64,000 bases of DNA. It comes from Tetramitus jugosus (lineage: Eukaryota; Protista; Heterolobosea). Positions within the stretch are counted from its first letter, which is position 1. Each line of letters starts with the position of its first letter. The position numbers and the translations under genes are program-made. The notes under the pieces are model-generated. The model was not told the origin of the DNA and made no database searches. It was given only the letters and a program-made list of their open reading frames with translations. This document shows positions 55,642 through 64,000 of the stretch, piece after piece. The stretch spans positions 248,001-312,000 of the forward strand of contig OW569370.1 in the NCBI GenBank assembly GCA_937625935.1, in the 5' to 3' direction.

Positions 55642-57630
55642 TCAGTGCTCAAACAGATGTGGCCTGGTGGTGCTAGATTCATATGGACTGACCGGTACTT
55701 GAAATGGAAGCTTACGTTGGTTGGTTTGTGCGCTATCTGTCAGCAGGATGACTCCAACTTCGTAACTGCTCACCGATAGCTGATTGTTTTTCTTTTGTAA
55801 GCGACCAAGTGCCGCACCTGAAAAATTATGACTTCCTGCATACATCCACAGTGCGGAACCATTTGAATCACAGTATACAAAAATCTTGGAGTGAGCTAGA
55901 TATCCCTCTTGAGAAGCCTGACAACTCTTGTAATCACAAAGCAAGTGCTTTGGAAAATTGGGCGAGAAATAGGCATCTTTCCTCAAAATAATCATGCCAG
56001 CACCAAGAGTACCGAGCTTGGATCTTGCAACAGTTGTTTCAGATGGAAACACGATCTTCAATCCACTTTGAGTTTTGTTCGAAGGTACATGAATGAAGCA
56101 GGAAGTACCAATCTCACCGAGCCACTTCATATCTAAAGCTCCAATTGATGATGCCTGGAAGAAACAGGATGCTTGTGGAGATCTCTCGACCGTAGAAAAT
56201 ACACCCTGTTGTAAAACATCTCGAATTCGCATATGCCCATACTTTTTAAGATTTTCTCCCGAGTGATATCCAGGGACAGAGCATACCAATTGTGCTTTAG
56301 CACTTCTAAAATCATACTGGTCTAGCCATTTTGCAGGCAGACCAAGTGTTGCTATATTCCAAAAGTTCACCAACTCCTCACGAAAGTCACAATTCACTTG
56401 AGAATTCGATTTTCTCTTTGGAAAGTCTTGAACCCATATCACTTGTGTATAGGAGTGCCAGTCCACATGGCACATGTTTGCAGATGAGACAACCACACGT
56501 AAACAATTCGGAAAGGAGAGCAACCACAATTTTGAGTGCATGTTTGAATACTTTTGCGGTAGAGGTGGGTGGATTACCACCATTGGAGACTCACCGACCT
56601 GGAACATTGATCTGCCCTCTTCCTCGCTCTTTGAATTCTTATCCCAGTGCTTCACGAGAGTGACTGGTATCATTCGATTGGCCAAGCCAAACACCTCAGC
56701 AAAATAATCTAGGTCGAAAGAAAATGTGGAAATGAAGGCTGCTTCTAATCGATCTCGCTCAATGAGATCCCCTATTGATAATGTATCATTTTCTCCAGCT
56801 CGCTTCGACCCCACCAACCGATTCAAGAATATCTTCTCTCCATTGAATTTCATGCTAGAAGATTGGTTTTGATTGCTTGTGTCTGGTTCTTTCCCTTTGT
56901 TGATCACATTCTTTGATTCCGCTGTTGTTTCATGAGAGCTTGCTGATGACTGCAGGCTCAACTCAATCGCCTTCTTAATCTGTTGTTCCTCAGTCATCTC
57001 CAAATCATCGTCATCATCGTCTTGCATTTTCTTGTTGTTGCCCACAACGGCATCATCCATCATGCTACTTTTGCAATCTATATCCTCTTCATAGGACACT
57101 TTATCATTCCACAGCAGATACATCTTGCAACAATTCTCATCATTGACTCCCAAATCCAAATCACTCAACTTTTGATCATTGTCCAACAAAAAATTTCCTC
57201 GACTGACCAATCGCACTCTCTTGGTGACATATTGATCAGAAATTGTTCTTGAAGCTCTCATCTTCTGTCCAAAATGACTCAACACCAATTTTTTCAACTC
57301 AAGCTGAGTACAATTTGCCTGAGACACCAAAAACACCTTTGATCTGCGAGTGCTGCGCTCCTCTATTGTGATGCGCAAAGGACGATCATCACCATGATCA
57401 ACAAATGCATTGATCACGTGTTGATCAGCTTCATTGGAAAGCTTTTGTTCCTGCTGAGGAGCTTCTTCTTCGTCATCCGAGATCAGAATCACTTCTGACT
57501 GAGAAATAGAAGCTTTTTGCCTCTTGTTTCCACTTTCAGTATTGCGTGTGAAAAATGCATCCCTCTCTCTCTTCATATCTGATTCCTTTTTTTTGTTTGA
57601 ATGGAACGGAGTAACTGAGCGTTCCACCAT
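55642..57630 (-). CDS. TDP1: Tyrosyl-DNA phosphodiesterase 1-like protein with N-terminal SIM, ubiquitin-like domain and UIM
   Basis: MHSKLWLL...RVVVSSANM, WVQDFP, LVCSVPGYH, QASSIG and HSKI...MYAGSHNFSGAALG...SYEVGV. Start uncertain (ORF extends to 57687). Confidence 0.88.
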   Translation of the reverse strand: MVERSVTPFHSNKKKESDMKRERDAFFTRNTESGNKRQKASISQSEVILISDDEEEAPQQEQKLSNEADQHVINAFVDHGDDRPLRITIEERSTRRSKVFLVSQANCTQLELKKLVLSHFGQKMRASRTISDQYVTKRVRLVSRGNFLLDNDQKLSDLDLGVNDENCCKMYLLWNDKVSYEEDIDCKSSMMDDAVVGNNKKMQDDDDDDLEMTEEQQIKKAIELSLQSSASSHETTAESKNVINKGKEPDTSNQNQSSSMKFNGEKIFLNRLVGSKRAGENDTLSIGDLIERDRLEAAFISTFSFDLDYFAEVFGLANRMIPVTLVKHWDKNSKSEEEGRSMFQVGESPMVVIHPPLPQKYSNMHSKLWLLSFPNCLRVVVSSANMCHVDWHSYTQVIWVQDFPKRKSNSQVNCDFREELVNFWNIATLGLPAKWLDQYDFRSAKAQLVCSVPGYHSGENLKKYGHMRIRDVLQQGVFSTVERSPQASCFFQASSIGALDMKWLGEIGTSCFIHVPSNKTQSGLKIVFPSETTVARSKLGTLGAGMIILRKDAYFSPNFPKHLLCDYKSCQASQEGYLAHSKIFVYCDSNGSALWMYAGSHNFSGAALGRLQKKNNQLSVSSYEVGVILLTDSAQTNQRKLPFQVPVSPYESSTTRPHLFEH

Positions 57631-57973
57631 CTGAAGTAAAAGCTTCTCTTTGGTCTGTCCCGTTGACCTTCTTTTAGATGATGCCAAGGAAAAGGTCTAA
57701 CGTCGAATTGTCACCTCGCTTTTCTGTCGAAAGATAACAGGTGACGTTTACGAGTTCGAAACGGCCATGTCCAATTATAGTAATGTTGTAGTGAAGTTTG
57801 AGGTTTGACAAAGAAAAAATAGGGGTGCAATCAGCCTGAGACTTGGATATCGTTGGCAAGTGCACAAACACCAGACAAACGAACCAACACGACACACCAT
57901 CAATAGCAAGCTCTCTGTCTGTGCTATTACAACAATTTTTTTTTAAACAACAGAGATCCAAGATCAAGCAACA

Positions 57974-60900
57974 ATGTTAGCCCATCTCATAAACAGAACA
58001 AGGTCGCCTCCAGCAAGGGCTCCAGATGATAATCACGTGTCAGAAAAAGAGCGCCAACCCAGAGCAAATCCGCCCAGCAAACCCTCCTCCGCCACATCAA
58101 AGGCACCTCCCCCACCGCTTAAAAATCGAGAACAACCTGACACCCGCAGCAGCACCCAAAACACTAACCGCAGCAACACCCACAACCACACAACAGTCAT
58201 CTTAAACAACAACTATTTCTCTCATCCTTCCTTTACATACAGCAACACTCATCATCAACAACAACCAAAACAGCACCAACAACCACAAAACAATAATAGT
58301 AAGCTCAACGGTCGCAACCAACAACAACAACAAAATAACAACAACAACTACAGCAGCAACCACAACTACTCTAGCTCTGATACCATGAACATATTTTTAT
58401 TTGATGATATCGATCATATTCAAGTCATTGAAGAAACTGGTGACGAGAGCGAAACTGTAGAGACCTTTCCCCTGTCACCAACTGCCACTGCAACCAAAAC
58501 AAGCACAAGCACCACATCCTTCTTTTGCTCACCCAGCAGCAGTAGCACCACCACCACAACTTCCGAAACAACCACTACTCTGACAAGAGGAGGCAATAAC
58601 AACAATAGCAATAGTAGCATGGGCAGTAGCACCGATGATGACCTATTGTTACTACCACCAGCGGCTCACGTACATTTGATGAACACGGCTTCTCCATTGA
58701 TCTCATCGACATCCAATCAACATCAACATCATCATCATCATCAGCATGGCAATAGAGGCAGCGGAAACAACAGTAGCAACGTGACACCAATGACTCCCAC
58801 CATGGCCAGTATCATCAACAGTCTGAGCTGTTCACCTGAATCATCTTCTTCCTCTACTACGCTACACAATAACAACAACAATAACAACAATAATAACAAC
58901 AATAACCATGATGGTCGTGGTTTTTTAGTCAAGGAAAGTGGTGATACAACAACAACAACGTTGTTGGATTCGAATACGGCACCCTTGTATTCACAACATC
59001 CTTATTATAATCAGAAGGGAATTCATATTCCATCGATACAGCCAATTCATGACAGTCGTCCATTGGATGACAATAGCTCATCTTCCACTTCCAAGCTACT
59101 GAAAAAAGCAAAGCTCGGAGGTGTATTACGCTTGATTACCAAAAGTCAAAAAGCTGCGGCTAATCAGCGCGCAAACGGAACCTCAAATGGCGCGAAAAAC
59201 AATGGTACTTTACAAAGGGACGAGTTCATCTCTGCGGCTACGGAACAAAGCAACAACCGTTTTTATATTCCTCTGTTTCCAACTGCTTCTGCTCCTTCAA
59301 TTTCGAGGGCGAGCCTAAAACCCCTCAGCGCTCGTCATCGGAGACAAGAGTCAATGGACTGGAATCAACAGCAGGGGAAGGAGGACAGGCCATCGACCAT
59401 CAAGAGAAAGGCATCTTTGCCAACACCTAGGAAAATTGAAGAAGGAGAATCTTTCTTTGAGAACCTGCTTGATATTGAGGAAGACAATGACGAAAATGGT
59501 GTCTCGACGACCACCACAGAGAATACAACATTGAGCTCAGCCCCCGTAACTGCTACAACGGCAACAACAACCAATCTCACCACAAGTGATGAAAAGCTAG
59601 AAGATTGTGAAAGCTTAAGCGCTTCACAAACTGCTGCTTCATCAAAGAACAAGGATAATACCAGTAGTAACTCCAAGACGAGCCCTCACAAGGATTCTCA
59701 GCTACCAAACAACCGTAGTCCACCTCGTAGCAACATTGTTGATCCTCCCGTTTCAAGCCCCACTGTCGGCATAAGCATCAGTATCCCTAATCACACTTAT
59801 TCATCCACTACGTCTGCTTCCTCAGACACCGGATCCTCCTCTAGTCATCATCATGCTGCACCTATTCCAATTAAGCAACGATCCACCAAAGCGAAGATCC
59901 TAGGTCAATTCTTAAAGAAGAGGGTCGAAACAGCTACTGTTTGTCTCACATCAGAGAATCATCCTCATTCATTGGATGTCGATGCATATTATCAACCAAA
60001 TGGACTCATGCTTTCGATTCCAGGTGGTGATCCATTGACATCCAACACAGTGACTCCTCGTACGCCAGACACTCACAGTCTTGCAAGCCTTTCGACTTCT
60101 CCAAGCAGTCGATATGTCTCTCCATCGCGCAGATCAAACTCTGTTGTCAGAATTCAAGCAGTCAATGACTTTTTGCAGAGTGGAAGAGGCAGAAAAGCTT
60201 CTAATGCCAATGCATTGCTACTGAGCAATGCTGCCGCGCAGAGAGTGTACAGTCTAGAGGATAATGACTTGTCTAGTCGCCCTGCTCGAGTTTACACTCG
60301 CATGAGAAGACCATCTTCGATGAAAATTATGACACCTCGGGGAGCTCCAGACTTGTTGACTTCTTCTCAAAAGTCCATGAGTCCATGGGAGGCTGCATGG
60401 AAGACGGAAATTGAAGAATCATGTGCTACGAGCGCTGCACTGAATGAAAAGCTTTACGAGTATTGTGTGATGGGTGACTTTGACCGAGTGAAGTTTATGT
60501 TGGATGTGAGAACATTCAGCAGTCAGAGAAAGGGAATTGCTCCTCCTAGGTTGTTCACGGTCGACATTCATTACAAGTATGGAGAAGATAAGGAAACGTT
60601 GCTTCATGTGGCCGCTAGAACCAACAATGACAAGTTAACTGATTTATTGTTGACTCATGGTATGCGTCCATTGACAGCTGACTCCAAGGGCAGCACGCCA
60701 CTACATATTGCATGCGTTAGAGGATGTGCTGATTCAGCCATTATTTTGGCAGCCAGAGCTGAAACAGATTTGAGTGTGATAGATAACGCTGGATACACTC
60801 CTCTCCATTTGAGTATTATGAATCATCATTTTGAGTTGGCGGGCGATTTGTTACTGTTTCCTGTGGATATTAATTTCAAAGGCTCTAAGGGTGCATCAAT

Positions 60901-61528
60901 TTTGCATGATGCCATGACGAGAGGTGATCTGGAAGTTTTAGATTTCATTCTTGGTCTGCCTCCCCAGTTCAGAGTGTTGTATAATTGCAAGGATACTCAG
61001 GGTAATACACCCTTGATGAAGGCTGTGTTGAGTAACGAATTAGGTCTCGTACAAAGAATATTGCAGAGACGGAGTGACATCACAGTCAACTCAGTTAATG
61101 TCAAGGGTCAGAACATTTTCCACATGTTGGCTCAGTCTAGTAGTATGAAAGATGAGAAATCTTTGCACCTCTTAATTAAGCTGCTGATGACAGGTAAAGC
61201 AGTTGATATGAATAAGATTCGAAGTTGGGTTAATGAGAAGGACAAAGTTAGAGAGTATACACCACTTCATTTGGCCGTCGTGCATGACAATGAAACATTC
61301 TTCAACGCTGTTTGCAACAATCACGAGAGATATGGCATCGATCTCAATGCAGTCGATGAAGAGGGAAATAATGTTGGACACTTGACAATGCAAAGATATG
61401 GAAGATACAAGCAGGATGTTTACCTACGAATGGCGCGCACAATCATGACCACGCCAGGTTTCAAAGCATCAGCTAAGAACAAGAATGGCATAAGTGCGAA
61501 GAATTTGTACAAAACACTGGAGAAGTAA
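57974..61528 (+). CDS. Ankyrin-repeat protein with long low-complexity N-terminus
   Basis: C-terminal ankyrin repeats (ETLLHVAA, GSTPLHIAC, GYTPLHLSI, GNTPLMKAV, YTPLHLAV); poly-N/Q/T/S/H tracts. Confidence 0.9.
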   Translation: MLAHLINRTRSPPARAPDDNHVSEKERQPRANPPSKPSSATSKAPPPPLKNREQPDTRSSTQNTNRSNTHNHTTVILNNNYFSHPSFTYSNTHHQQQPKQHQQPQNNNSKLNGRNQQQQQNNNNNYSSNHNYSSSDTMNIFLFDDIDHIQVIEETGDESETVETFPLSPTATATKTSTSTTSFFCSPSSSSTTTTTSETTTTLTRGGNNNNSNSSMGSSTDDDLLLLPPAAHVHLMNTASPLISSTSNQHQHHHHHQHGNRGSGNNSSNVTPMTPTMASIINSLSCSPESSSSSTTLHNNNNNNNNNNNNNHDGRGFLVKESGDTTTTTLLDSNTAPLYSQHPYYNQKGIHIPSIQPIHDSRPLDDNSSSSTSKLLKKAKLGGVLRLITKSQKAAANQRANGTSNGAKNNGTLQRDEFISAATEQSNNRFYIPLFPTASAPSISRASLKPLSARHRRQESMDWNQQQGKEDRPSTIKRKASLPTPRKIEEGESFFENLLDIEEDNDENGVSTTTTENTTLSSAPVTATTATTTNLTTSDEKLEDCESLSASQTAASSKNKDNTSSNSKTSPHKDSQLPNNRSPPRSNIVDPPVSSPTVGISISIPNHTYSSTTSASSDTGSSSSHHHAAPIPIKQRSTKAKILGQFLKKRVETATVCLTSENHPHSLDVDAYYQPNGLMLSIPGGDPLTSNTVTPRTPDTHSLASLSTSPSSRYVSPSRRSNSVVRIQAVNDFLQSGRGRKASNANALLLSNAAAQRVYSLEDNDLSSRPARVYTRMRRPSSMKIMTPRGAPDLLTSSQKSMSPWEAAWKTEIEESCATSAALNEKLYEYCVMGDFDRVKFMLDVRTFSSQRKGIAPPRLFTVDIHYKYGEDKETLLHVAARTNNDKLTDLLLTHGMRPLTADSKGSTPLHIACVRGCADSAIILAARAETDLSVIDNAGYTPLHLSIMNHHFELAGDLLLFPVDINFKGSKGASILHDAMTRGDLEVLDFILGLPPQFRVLYNCKDTQGNTPLMKAVLSNELGLVQRILQRRSDITVNSVNVKGQNIFHMLAQSSSMKDEKSLHLLIKLLMTGKAVDMNKIRSWVNEKDKVREYTPLHLAVVHDNETFFNAVCNNHERYGIDLNAVDEEGNNVGHLTMQRYGRYKQDVYLRMARTIMTTPGFKASAKNKNGISAKNLYKTLEK

Positions 61529-61690
61529 ATATGAACTTTTATTTTTTAGTTGTAGACAGTTTCTTCTTTTTCTGATACAATTTATGGCGGTGAAATTTAA
61601 TTTCTACGAACCGTTGGAAGTGACAAAAAAATTACAGCTCTGGATATTTTCACTCGAAAGGATTTGATTCCGATTAACGATTGGTTTGCG

Positions 61691-63205
61691 ATGGACGAGG
61701 TGGGAAGAGCTAACATCACGATAAATCTTGACACAACGACGACCCATTCGAAAAGAGAAAGAGTGCTATTGGCTGACGATTATTTTGATACGGGCAGTGA
61801 TCCAATCGATGAGAGTACTGAAGAAATTGGAAGCACGGATGGAGCTCTTGTTCAGATGTCAGAGCCGATTCTCTTTTCAAATATTGAGGCATTGTGTCAA
61901 ACGAGGTATCGGCTTGAATCGGACGAAGATTTGTTAACAGTGATGGATCAAATGGAGATGTTCTGTCATCGATTGAATATACTATGCGATGATTTATCTT
62001 CAGATTTGACAAAGCTGAAGCTACTAGCTTACACACATGACATAACTCTACCAGAGATCATTGATGACAGAGAAGAGAGTTCCACTATATCCATTCTAGA
62101 CTATCACTCTGATTCAGACAACAGTATAATAGAACACGAGTATGATTTTTCTGAATCTGAAGAAAGTTCTGAAGAAATTGAGATGAACGAGAATATTGAA
62201 CAAGTAGAAGAGGAAATTGTTCCCGAGGAGAGCAAAGAAGAAGACAAAAACTGTTCAGAAAGGGGAGATTGTGAATCACCAAATTCTTCATTTCAACTGA
62301 ATCATATAGAAGTTGGAGAAGAGAAACACGTTAAATTTGAGGAGATGAGTGGCTCCCTCTTCATGCAAGTTGAAGGCAAAGCTGATTTGAAAAACGAGCT
62401 AGCAACTCCAATAATAGTAGAGGGTCCTGTAGAGCAGCCGGTTATGGCTACCAAAGAGCAATTCATCAGTTTTTATGACGATGGATTCATGGAATGTGAA
62501 AACATCGTGGACGACACGGATTTTGGCACGTTTGGCAGCTTTGATGAGAGTAAGTTTGGAAAGGAAGATGATGAAAATGTTACTGAGGTTCATGATGCCG
62601 AATCGTACTTGAATAATTTTAAGAACAAGAATGAAAACGAGGAAACTCATTGCACCCCAAAAGTTGTCAAAAAACGAAAACTTAGCACCATGATATCGAG
62701 CTTAATAGGAGACAGATCTAATTTATTACCAAGAACCCAAGCGATACCGAGTCATACAGAAGATTTCAGTTTAACAGAAGGATCAACAGTCGATTCTGTA
62801 CTATCTCCTGTGACATTATCGTCCCACATCTCGAAGTGTGAGTTCGAAAGTATGGAGAGATGTCTAATAAGTTTGTTCACTGGCGATATAATGTGTATAA
62901 CAAAGAGGGGAGCAAGTAAACCAAGTCGACGGTATGTTTGGGTGGACACTCAAAGGATGCATATCTGTTGGAGTAAAGGATCTTCCAAGAATGTGAAAAA
63001 CATGAAGGAGTTCCCCATCACAGAAATAAGAATGGGAACGTTCCTAGCAAGTGTTTCCATCACTGAAGAACAGAACAACAGATCGTTCACAGTTTGGTCA
63101 ATACAAGGATCGCAACTTCTTTTCTCAGCGAGCTCAGAATCATTAAGAAATGATTGGGTGAATTATATCACTGCTGTACTAGAGATCAAGCATCGAAAGC
63201 ATTAA
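61691..63205 (+). CDS. Acidic protein with C-terminal PH-like domain
   Basis: GDIMCITKRGASKPSRRYVWVD...EIRMG...RSFTV...SESLRNDWVNYI. Confidence 0.75.
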   Translation: MDEVGRANITINLDTTTTHSKRERVLLADDYFDTGSDPIDESTEEIGSTDGALVQMSEPILFSNIEALCQTRYRLESDEDLLTVMDQMEMFCHRLNILCDDLSSDLTKLKLLAYTHDITLPEIIDDREESSTISILDYHSDSDNSIIEHEYDFSESEESSEEIEMNENIEQVEEEIVPEESKEEDKNCSERGDCESPNSSFQLNHIEVGEEKHVKFEEMSGSLFMQVEGKADLKNELATPIIVEGPVEQPVMATKEQFISFYDDGFMECENIVDDTDFGTFGSFDESKFGKEDDENVTEVHDAESYLNNFKNKNENEETHCTPKVVKKRKLSTMISSLIGDRSNLLPRTQAIPSHTEDFSLTEGSTVDSVLSPVTLSSHISKCEFESMERCLISLFTGDIMCITKRGASKPSRRYVWVDTQRMHICWSKGSSKNVKNMKEFPITEIRMGTFLASVSITEEQNNRSFTVWSIQGSQLLFSASSESLRNDWVNYITAVLEIKHRKH

Positions 63206-63688
63206 AATGTTGCGTCCGTTTCACGAACCGTTCCCCATCTTTTGCAAGTATCCAGTCATCATGAGATGATAAGGATATTCAGTCATGAAGTAAGAATCTG
63301 AGAAACATCGACGATCACATACTGGTCCGAATCCTTCACATAGGGACCCCCTGGTTGACAAGGAGCCGAATCCTTTCGATTGGATATCGGAAGAACGATC
63401 TATTCAAGCGAAAAAAGTCACTAGTTGCCCATGTCACCCAACAAAAGCTAATTTGATATGGAGTTTGAGATAGTCCGCGTTTTATTTCAAGCGTTTTCAC
63501 AGAATTTTTAACTATTTGTCACTGAGATCCAGCTCACGGCGAGCCCCATACCTCAGATCTCAGGCCTATAAGAACTCGAAGCCTTCGGTTTGGGCCTTCA
63601 AGCTTCCAAGACAACCAAAAACAAACATACACACGTTATAAAACATCCATCTATCTGTACATATTCATCAGCATTATCGTAAAATAAC

Positions 63689-64000
63689 ATGGTTGAAGCA
63701 ACTCAAACTCAATTCAATCCAGCGTATGACACTACCACTACAGCCAACACTGGACTCAAAGGAAAATTGGCTAGCTTGAAGAGCAAGTTGGGAGGACATC
63801 CTGCCACTACCGACAGTACTCTGGGAACATCTGGTGTTCAACCAACCTCCTATGGCACCACCCAACAATCAATGCTCGGTGGTCAAAACATCGGCGGACA
63901 GAACCTCGGCGGACAAACCTATGGTGGTCAACCACTCGCCGGTCAAACAATTGGCGGTCAACCACTCGCAGGCCAGCAACTTGGTACTCAACAAGGTTAT
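63689..64000 (+). CDS. Gly/Gln/Thr-rich hydrophilic protein, dehydrin/LEA-like (partial, runs off window)
   Basis: Manual translation gives MVEATQTQFNPAYDTTTTANTGLKGKLASLKSKLGGHPATTDSTLG...GGQNIGGQNLGGQTYGGQPLAGQTIGGQPLAGQQLG, open to the window end. Confidence 0.7.
   Translation, partial: MVEATQTQFNPAYDTTTTANTGLKGKLASLKSKLGGHPATTDSTLGTSGVQPTSYGTTQQSMLGGQNIGGQNLGGQTYGGQPLAGQTIGGQPLAGQQLGTQQGY

Noticed and set aside
58200-58910. AAC/AAT/CAT triplet runs as a repeat element or array
   Set aside because: They are ordinary coding homopolymer tracts (poly-N/Q/H); no CRISPR-like repeat-spacer structure or transposase was seen anywhere in the window.

Overview
This is a gene-dense eukaryotic nuclear sequence with short intergenic spacers and few, short (about 50-160 nt) GT-AG introns. 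It looks like a free-living protist, and a heterolobosean/Discoba-like organism is my inference only. About 37 protein-coding loci can be supported, including a GCN2-like kinase (partial), RPLP1, a 3xHMG-box protein, WDR70, CDK5RAP3/C53, TRAPPC13, mitochondrial ProRS, a TBC RabGAP, SF3B6, archaeal-type iPGM, mitochondrial Fe-SOD, IMPACT, a vezatin-like protein, a CocE/NonD hydrolase, DCAF11, exportin-T, a senescence-domain protein and a TDP1-like protein. The window also has an intron-containing tRNA-Glu(TTC) and a decayed F-box/LRR pseudogene. The most striking observation is a BTB(-BACK) protein, a probable Cullin-3 adaptor, whose disordered N-terminal half carries a close copy of the histone H3 tail (KQTARKS-ITTP-PRKQL versus H3 KQTARKS-TGGKA-PRKQL). 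Other notable items are a TDP1-like enzyme with a SIM+UBL+UIM module, a membrane-anchored CocE/NonD protein lacking its catalytic His, a 92-aa spliced tail-anchored microprotein missed by the ORF track, a dehydrin-like protein at the right edge, and an intergenic pseudoknot plus long hairpin (candidate ncRNA). All family assignments come from motif recognition by eye; no searches were run.
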